From Candidatus Thorarchaeota archaeon (lineage in GTDB: Archaea > Asgardarchaeota > Thorarchaeia > Thorarchaeales > Thorarchaeaceae): a stretch of 26,756 nucleotides of DNA. The position numbers were made by a program, and so were the translations under genes. Below are positions 9,722 through 16,314 of this stretch, one piece after another. Position 1 is the first letter of the stretch; each line of letters opens with the position of its first letter. The notes under the pieces were generated by a model. The model was not told the origin of the DNA. It did no database searches and worked only from the letters and a program-made list of their open reading frames with translations. Location of the stretch: the NCBI GenBank assembly GCA_048882045.1, contig JBHLRZ010000040.1, positions 1 through 26,756 of the forward strand, read 5' to 3'.

Positions 9722-10444
9722 ATGAGTCAATCAAGCAAGGATGATCAACAGCTCGAGGCTGTATTCTTGTATAGAGGGATTCTGGATGCGTATGATGCGG
9801 TGGGTACAGAACTCATTGGTCCAAAAGTTCTGGATGAGCATGTTCTCCCAAGAATGGTCTACTATGTCCGTGAGTTCTTACCAGAGGTGTTTTCCTACAG
9901 AGCAGACTCCTCTCAACTTGTAAGCGAACTGAAAACGTTCATCTCCGAGTTCCACGAAAAGGTGGATGAGGCACAAGCCAAAGGAACTACTGAAGACCTC
10001 ACAATAGAGGAGATCTGGAAACTACGAGCTGCAATATTTGGATACGAATCTGTCTTCATCAATATCCTTGGTGAGGCTGCTATCAAAGATTATGTTTTTG
10101 TGAGAATGGCTGATATTCTAGCAGCATATCTTCCTGAACAACTTCTTGATCCAAGTGTAAGTTTGGATGATAAGCTTCATGCATATGCAAAATACATCTC
10201 TGACCACAAATTCGTGAAATATGCGCGAGTCACAACTGATGGCAATAAAGTGACAGTAGCTGCTAACTACTGTGCTTTCTCAAGAATCCATGATTCCGAG
10301 GCATATCAAAATCTAAATGTCCGATTTTGCCCTTGGGGAATGATTGGTTCTTCAATTGTGGCGGCTCATGAAGGAAAAGGTGCACTCCTAAAATCGAGTC
10401 TATTCACAACAAGTGGAAGCGTAAGTGAAATCGAAACGAAATGA
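9722..10444 (+). CDS. V4R/MetOD1/Bet3-fold-like protein with a duplicated N-terminal helical module
   Basis: C-terminal 'VTVAANYCAF..H...FCPWG' pattern; ungapped internal repeat of residues 12-55 and 96-139. Confidence 0.6.
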   Translation: MSQSSKDDQQLEAVFLYRGILDAYDAVGTELIGPKVLDEHVLPRMVYYVREFLPEVFSYRADSSQLVSELKTFISEFHEKVDEAQAKGTTEDLTIEEIWKLRAAIFGYESVFINILGEAAIKDYVFVRMADILAAYLPEQLLDPSVSLDDKLHAYAKYISDHKFVKYARVTTDGNKVTVAANYCAFSRIHDSEAYQNLNVRFCPWGMIGSSIVAAHEGKGALLKSSLFTTSGSVSEIETK

Positions 10445-10894
10445 ATGGAGGAAACAAGTCTGCAGTTCTTCTTTGGTTTGCCAATCTCATATATCATATT
10501 GATTCTTGAAGTCATCGTACTTATTGGTCTAGCAATTGGCTGGATCTATGGGTCTCGGAGAATGAAATACAAATTGCATCACAAAGCAGTCTATTTTGTT
10601 GTGTTAGTCCACATATTGACTGTTGGTGCTTGGATGATTCCCAGAGCTCTCGAACGGATTCCCTTTATGCTCGCAAATCCGATTCAAAACTGGTACCAGA
10701 TTGTTCACGATTTGATAGGGATTTTTGCTATAGTACTCGGAGCGAGTCTTGTTGTTGTGTTTCTCATCAGGACTGGGATGCCTCTGAAACTTTTGAAGAG
10801 GACAAGACCTTTGATGTTCCTGACTGTTGGGACCTGGATTATTGCCTTCATTCTTGGAGTTTACTGGTTCCTGTTGGCATGGATACTAATCTGA
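10445..10894 (+). CDS. 4-TM membrane protein, DUF420/cytochrome b-like
   Basis: Four hydrophobic helices with His45/46, His56 and His88. The ATG directly abuts the upstream TGA. Confidence 0.7.
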   Translation: MEETSLQFFFGLPISYIILILEVIVLIGLAIGWIYGSRRMKYKLHHKAVYFVVLVHILTVGAWMIPRALERIPFMLANPIQNWYQIVHDLIGIFAIVLGASLVVVFLIRTGMPLKLLKRTRPLMFLTVGTWIIAFILGVYWFLLAWILI

Positions 10895-10918
10895 GGTTAG
10901 GCAGAGGTTTGTATATCA

Positions 10919-11695
10919 TTGAATATTGATGATTGCTTTAAGACTGAGATTCTGGTTCCGCGAGTGATTCAGTTTGACAGCGTAGAATCAACAAGTGACG
11001 AAGCAAAGGTCCTATTGAGCAGAGGGGAAACAGAGGGCCTAATAGTATTCGCTATTACTCAAACTTCCGGAAGAGGAAGGAGAGATCGTAGTTGGCTATC
11101 CCCAATCGGAGGTCTCTACTTCTCTATAATTCTGAACCCTCGACTTGGTTATGACACAATCCCGTTAATGGGTCTTCTCTGTGCATGCGCAGTAAGACGC
11201 GCACTTTTCTCTCTCGGATTAAATGTCCAATTGAAATGGCCCAATGACATTTTAGTTGACGACAAGAAAATCGCTGGAATTCTCAGTGAGGCTGTTACTG
11301 TTGAGAACGACGTAATAGGAGTCGTCATCGGAATAGGAGTCAATCAAAACTGCCCTGTTTCAGAAATGCCTTCTAGTTTGCAATGGCCTACGACATCAAT
11401 CATCGATGAAATTGGGTCCGAAACATCCAACGAATCTCTTCTCTGCGACATCGTAAACGAGATCGATTCTCTCCTTAGGATTGTGGAGGTCAACTCTTCC
11501 TATTCTGCTATCCTCGAAGAGTGGAGAAAGACAAGTTCTACACTTGGCAAATCTGTGCGAGTGCACGAAGATAACAAACTCATTGATGGAATCGCTCGTG
11601 ATCTTGGAGAAGATGGATCTCTTCTGGTCGAAACTGAAAACGGCGTTGTCCACGTTTTGTTAGGAGACGTGCATCACCTTCGTTCAGGAGAGTGA
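10919..11695 (+). CDS. birA: Biotin--protein ligase (monofunctional, no N-terminal HTH)
   Basis: QTSGRGRRDRSWLSP, KWPND, KKIAGIL and GIGVN motifs; C-terminal SH3-like DGSLLV..GDV. Confidence 0.95.
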   Translation: MNIDDCFKTEILVPRVIQFDSVESTSDEAKVLLSRGETEGLIVFAITQTSGRGRRDRSWLSPIGGLYFSIILNPRLGYDTIPLMGLLCACAVRRALFSLGLNVQLKWPNDILVDDKKIAGILSEAVTVENDVIGVVIGIGVNQNCPVSEMPSSLQWPTTSIIDEIGSETSNESLLCDIVNEIDSLLRIVEVNSSYSAILEEWRKTSSTLGKSVRVHEDNKLIDGIARDLGEDGSLLVETENGVVHVLLGDVHHLRSGE

Positions 11696-11699
11696 GGTC

Positions 11700-12530
11700 A
11701 TGGAATTCCTGGTTCTGTCTGATATTCATGATTCTTGGACCCATCTGAACAAGATGCTTCGACTAGCACAGGAGAAGGATGGAGTAATCTTTCTTGGTGA
11801 CTTAATGGCTTTCAGAAAGATAACTCAGGAGTCGTTTACAAACTTCACAAAAATCAAAGATGCAAGCGATTGGCTTATTGGAGTGCCTGGAAATGGTCCA
11901 CTTCTAAAAGTACGTGAATACTTTGATGAATTGGGAATAAACCTGCATTGTAAAGGTAGAACCATTGACGACATAGGCTTCTTTGGCGTAGGTGGAGTAC
12001 AGGAAACAATAACATCAATCGCAGAGCTGAGAGAGTTCTTCAAGAATGAGGACACATCAGAAATCAAGCCAGATGACCGAGCAATGGACGCTTTGAATAC
12101 ATTTGGAATACTACATGAGAATGGCAAGTTTGTGGTTGAAGAATGGTCCTATAGGAAATTAAGCGAGATGGAGGTGTATGCTAGTCCCTTTGAGCATTCA
12201 GAGAATCGGATTTACGAGATACTCTCAACAGCTCTCAAGGAAATCAAAGGTGCATCAATTCAGGTGATGGTCTCACACGTACCTCCGTTTGAACCTGGAG
12301 TCATCAAAGCATTTTCAATTGGTGTTTCAACAGGGAGCAAGGCGATGTCTAGGTTTATCAAAGACACCCATCCTACCCTCTCAATATCAGCACACTATCA
12401 TCGTCACTACGAGTTCATGGTGAGCACAACAAAGTGCGTCGTGTTTCCTGCAGTCAAGAACGGATTCTATGGATTCCTGTCCATCAATCATGATAAGAAC
12501 CAGATAGAAACCTCAGTTCATGCTTTTTGA
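11700..12530 (+). CDS. Calcineurin-like metallophosphoesterase (Icc-related)
   Basis: SDIH, GDL, PGN, SHVPP and AHYH motifs; SD GTGAGG. Confidence 0.88.
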   Translation: MEFLVLSDIHDSWTHLNKMLRLAQEKDGVIFLGDLMAFRKITQESFTNFTKIKDASDWLIGVPGNGPLLKVREYFDELGINLHCKGRTIDDIGFFGVGGVQETITSIAELREFFKNEDTSEIKPDDRAMDALNTFGILHENGKFVVEEWSYRKLSEMEVYASPFEHSENRIYEILSTALKEIKGASIQVMVSHVPPFEPGVIKAFSIGVSTGSKAMSRFIKDTHPTLSISAHYHRHYEFMVSTTKCVVFPAVKNGFYGFLSINHDKNQIETSVHAF

Positions 12531-12584
12531 TTCCACCTTAAGACATAATACGAACACAGGAAGTTGTTGCTTTGGAGAGGTACT

Positions 12585-13448
12585 TTGAAACCGACTGTAG
12601 TGAAGATTGATCCAAAGCAGCTAGCAGAGCTTCGTAAAATTCTATTAGTTTCCAAGGAGTCCTCAGATCTTGCGACCACAAACAAGTATGAATCCTTCAG
12701 AATTATGTTTGCAGGTGAAGCCATAGTTGGATACACAAGCGGGAAAGTAGTCAGTAATGGTCCATATTCAGCTGCAGCTGTTCAGAATGCTATTCTCCAG
12801 ATGCGTTCTGTTGATAATGGTCAAATCGTGATTGGATCCGATGAGGCTGGAAAAGGTGAATGGCTCGGACCTATGACAGTCGCTGCGGTCGCTTTGACAC
12901 CGCAACAATCTGCCATGTTGCGTTCTTTGGGAGTCATGGACAGTAAGAGTGTGTCTGTTATGCGAATTGCTGAACTCGCTAAGTCTGTTCGTATGAACTC
13001 GATGCAAATTCAGAGTCTTGTCATATCTCCCGAGAAGTTCAACAAACAGATAGAAGAGTTTCGAAGAGAAGGAAAGAATTTGAATGACATGCTTGCCTGG
13101 GCGCATGCCAAGGTCATCTCAGATGTCTACGAATCTTTGAAGAAGAAAAATCAGGACATCAAGATTGTAGTCGACCAGTTCGCCAGGTTGAAGACAGAAC
13201 AACGTCTTGCAAGGAAAATTGATTTGAACACTGTAGAACTCGTTCAACGACCAAAAGCAGAGGATGAGATTGCAGTTGCAGCGGCGAGTATTGTCGCTCG
13301 TGAAACTAGGGAGGATTGGTTGGATAGAACTTCGGACAAACTGGGTCTCGCCCTTCGTGATTTGAGCATTCAAGAGGCCGACTCGCATCCAAACAAAGGA
13401 GGGTTCACAAAAACCTCCTATATCAAATCAGAGCTAAAACGGAAATGA
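12585..13448 (+). CDS. rnhC: Ribonuclease HIII (type 2 RNase H with N-terminal TBP-like domain)
   Basis: GSDEAGKGEWLGP, GVMDSK, VVDQF and KAE..AVAAASIVAR motifs; N-terminal 'VGYTSGKVVSNG'. TTG12585 follows SD GGAGAGG. Confidence 0.8.
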   Translation: MKPTVVKIDPKQLAELRKILLVSKESSDLATTNKYESFRIMFAGEAIVGYTSGKVVSNGPYSAAAVQNAILQMRSVDNGQIVIGSDEAGKGEWLGPMTVAAVALTPQQSAMLRSLGVMDSKSVSVMRIAELAKSVRMNSMQIQSLVISPEKFNKQIEEFRREGKNLNDMLAWAHAKVISDVYESLKKKNQDIKIVVDQFARLKTEQRLARKIDLNTVELVQRPKAEDEIAVAAASIVARETREDWLDRTSDKLGLALRDLSIQEADSHPNKGGFTKTSYIKSELKRK

Positions 13449-13449
13449 G

Positions 13450-13743
13450 TCAAGAGCTCTGTTGAGTTGCAATAGACCGTATTGTACGGACTACTTTCTT
13501 GATGTCTGGATTTGCAATACTATACATCTTCCGAGTTCCATCTTTTCTGAAGTTTAGAATTCCTGCCCTGACCATTTTGGTAAGATAGGCTGAAACAGTA
13601 GACTGAGCTAGTCCGAATTTCGGGAATATCTCACATTGGCATTGTTCTCCATCCATGAGCAAATCCACGATCTGAAGACGGACTTGATTACCTAGAGCTT
13701 TGTGGAAATCTACTCTCCAATCCTCTTCCTTACTTGACTCCAT
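13450..13743 (-). CDS. arsR: ArsR/SmtB family metalloregulator
   Basis: FHKALGNQVRLQIV, alpha3 metal site CQCE, HTH AQSTVSAYL, and wing RKDG..MYS. Confidence 0.9.
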   Translation of the reverse strand: MESSKEEDWRVDFHKALGNQVRLQIVDLLMDGEQCQCEIFPKFGLAQSTVSAYLTKMVRAGILNFRKDGTRKMYSIANPDIKKVVRTIRSIATQQSS

Positions 13744-13758
13744 TACAATCACTCTCTA

Positions 13759-14805
13759 TTACATAGGTTCTCCTATCCAGAAATCTTTCTTTCGCAAATA
13801 TCTTGCAAAGTATACAAGTCCAAGCATAATGGGGACTTCCCAAAAAAGACCCATTGTTGTACCGAGAGCAGCAATAGATCCGACTCCATACATGGAAACT
13901 GCTGTGGCAATTGCAATCTCAAAGTGGCTGGATGAACCGATTATCACCGTAATGGTAGCTTCTCTGTATGCCAATTTCGCCATTCGTGTCACAATAAGAT
14001 TGTACCCAACTACAATTGCAAACCCGATTAAAAGGGGAATTGATACGAGGCCTAGCAAATCGGGATGTTCAAGCATCACTGTGCCATTCAAAGAGAATAA
14101 CACTACTAATGTCGTCAATAAAGCAAGAAGCGCTAGGTTCCCCACAGCTGGCCTGTATCTGCTTTGGAACCAATCCATTCCCTTCCACTTAACTAGAGAG
14201 CGCCTTGAAACTATACCCAGGCCTAAAGGAACTCCAATAAAAACGAGTACTGAAATTACTAGAAGCACTCGATCTATGGGAATGTTGGATATCCCTGTAA
14301 ATATCGCAACAAGTGGTGCGAATAGAATGAGGATCGTGATTGTATTCAGTGTCGTGTTGACAACATTCTGTTCTTGATTTCCATCTGCCAGATATCCCCA
14401 GACTAGAACCATTGCAGTACATGGACTCGAAGACAGTAAAATCACCGCAACGATTAGTTCCTCATTACCAGGTAGGAAAGTTTGAGCAAGTGCAAATCCG
14501 ACTATCGGCGCTACTATCCAGTTCGAAATCAGAGTGAGAATAATGGGTTTCGGATTCTTCCTAAGTTTTCTCAATTCAGAAGCTTGAATTCCTAGCATGG
14601 CTGGATACATCATTAAGAACAAGCAGATACCAATCGGTATTGATATTCCAGCAATTTGCCAGGAATCGATTGCTATACTAATGCCTGGAATCAATTGTGA
14701 TAGAATGATACCTAGAATCATGCAGATGCCAATCCACAAAGGCAAGTATTTCTCAAATGTATTCAATTCTCTACTAGGTAATTGGGTTTCAAGAATCTCA
14801 TTCAT
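13759..14805 (-). CDS. acr3: Arsenite efflux transporter Acr3
   Basis: FEKYLPLWI, LMMYP, NWIVAP, SPCTAMV, SSHFEIAIA and EVPIML motifs. Confidence 0.95.
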   Translation of the reverse strand: MNEILETQLPSRELNTFEKYLPLWIGICMILGIILSQLIPGISIAIDSWQIAGISIPIGICLFLMMYPAMLGIQASELRKLRKNPKPIILTLISNWIVAPIVGFALAQTFLPGNEELIVAVILLSSSPCTAMVLVWGYLADGNQEQNVVNTTLNTITILILFAPLVAIFTGISNIPIDRVLLVISVLVFIGVPLGLGIVSRRSLVKWKGMDWFQSRYRPAVGNLALLALLTTLVVLFSLNGTVMLEHPDLLGLVSIPLLIGFAIVVGYNLIVTRMAKLAYREATITVIIGSSSHFEIAIATAVSMYGVGSIAALGTTMGLFWEVPIMLGLVYFARYLRKKDFWIGEPM

Positions 14806-14819
14806 GGCCTATCACGAAA

Positions 14820-14847
14820 CAATTATCGAATAATTGCGATATTTAAA
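14820..14847 (-). promoter_or_regulatory. acr3 promoter with putative ArsR operator
   Basis: Perfect IR CAATTAT-N3-ATAATTG (14820-14836) overlaps TATCG-N8-CGATA (14824-14841). Both lie just downstream of a minus-strand TTTAAATA box (14847-14840). Confidence 0.6.
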
Positions 14848-14870
14848 TAAAACGAATATCTCAATTCTGA

Positions 14871-15128
14871 TTAGCGTTTAAGTGTCCTTCTTCTTCTGGT
14901 CTTCTCCCAAGCTTTCTTAATGTGATGTGCCTGATGGGCTTTTCTTGACCTGTAGACACTGAGGTTCCCGTACCTATTATCCACTTTGATCTTGTTTTGG
15001 TGGTGAACAACTTCTCCAGGTCTTAGTTTTCGACCTAACTTCCTCTCAGCCTTCCATCGATGAACAAGCTTTCCAGAGTCGATGAACCTGAGATATCCCT
15101 GCGCATCTCTGTAGGTCTTCCTAGACAT
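14871..15128 (-). CDS. Small stand-alone HNH endonuclease (HNH_3-like)
   Basis: VHR...LGRKLRPGEVVHH.N..K.DN...NL..H..HH pattern; very basic protein. Confidence 0.85.
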   Translation of the reverse strand: MSRKTYRDAQGYLRFIDSGKLVHRWKAERKLGRKLRPGEVVHHQNKIKVDNRYGNLSVYRSRKAHQAHHIKKAWEKTRRRRTLKR

Positions 15129-15185
15129 ACATTAGAGTTCTCGTATCATCTTATAGGAATATCCGAAAAAGCGAGTAACCGCGCT

Positions 15186-16244
15186 CTAAGCCTCTGGGGC
15201 AAAGAGATTATTCACTATCGAACTTGCAGAATAGAACTGTGAGACTTCTCCTCCGAAATTCTCCAATGCCTCTCCATAGATCATGTCAAACCGTTCCGCA
15301 AAGTCCTCGACCTTCTCAAGTAGAACTCTGTACGGTTCTTTGGTCAGGAGCATTGAGATGAAGTTATCCCGTTGAGCAAAGAGAATGTCAAAGTCACCAA
15401 CAGAGAGATTGTGGAGCCCCTGTTTGCTCTGTGTAATCTCCTTCACCATCTCCTGAACACCTGTGATTCCTGCGGCTGTAAGGTTCTCATCAAGCTCAAC
15501 TGCAGACTTGAATTTGTGATGAAATACAAGAATCCCAGCTGAATGAATTACATAGAGCTCCAACATCTGTTCGTCCCAATCGAGCTCGTCAAGAGTTGGT
15601 GAGCTAAGAACTGCAATTCCGAGAATGACAAGACCTGTCACAAGGAGTGCAGCTCCGAGAACATAGTACTGTTCACCAAAACTGTAGACAAGGTCGCTTC
15701 GAAGCAAGTATCCAATAAACCCGATTAGTACACCAAAAAAGATCATTCTCATACTACTTCTCACAGCTCCAGTTGTGTTCTTCACAAAATAAGCAAAGAA
15801 TAGGAACAACATTCCGAAAGCCAAAAGAGATGCAGAGAGAGCGAGTAGAGTGAGTAATTCTCTGGGTGCAAAAACGGTTACAATTGCGATCAAGAGAACC
15901 GACCAAGTGAATATATTACGCGTACGATAGGGAAGGATTCTCTCAAGTGCAAGGAAGAATCCCATCAGAGCTATCATCATTGCAATGTATCCGGTCTTTG
16001 TCCATAGTAATGACGCTGGGTCTTCTGTGAAATAGAAGTCAGTCATCATGAATGAGAACGTATTTAGGACCATACCAAGCATAAACACTGCCCAAGCTAG
16101 TCTGACATCTGTGAGTTTTCGTAGTGGGCTTTTCCTCCACTGATTCATGAAAGTACCAAAGAACAGGAGTGAGTAGAGAACTACTGCTGCATGTAATATC
16201 ATGACAAGGTCTCTTGTGAGAGTCAGTTCAGTGAATGGAATCAT
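15186..16244 (-). CDS. Seven-TM protein fused to a C-terminal longin domain
   Basis: Seven hydrophobic segments in residues ~13-214, then 'LYVIHSAGILVFHHKF...LTAAGITGVQEMVKEIT...FAERFDMIY...FGGEVSQF'. SD AGGTGAGG at 16260-16253. Confidence 0.8.
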   Translation of the reverse strand: MIPFTELTLTRDLVMILHAAVVLYSLLFFGTFMNQWRKSPLRKLTDVRLAWAVFMLGMVLNTFSFMMTDFYFTEDPASLLWTKTGYIAMMIALMGFFLALERILPYRTRNIFTWSVLLIAIVTVFAPRELLTLLALSASLLAFGMLFLFFAYFVKNTTGAVRSSMRMIFFGVLIGFIGYLLRSDLVYSFGEQYYVLGAALLVTGLVILGIAVLSSPTLDELDWDEQMLELYVIHSAGILVFHHKFKSAVELDENLTAAGITGVQEMVKEITQSKQGLHNLSVGDFDILFAQRDNFISMLLTKEPYRVLLEKVEDFAERFDMIYGEALENFGGEVSQFYSASSIVNNLFAPEA

Positions 16245-16314
16245 CTCTTTGTCCTCACCTGATTCCTCTGCAATGGATTTCCATCCCTCAATAAGGTTAT
16301 GTGGGTAAATCCAA

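Noticed and set aside
15186-16244. 7TM domain as a microbial rhodopsin, schizorhodopsin or heliorhodopsin
   Set aside because: TM7 (YYVLGAALLVTGLVILGIAVL) has no retinal-binding Lys and no DxxxK/SxxxK motif.
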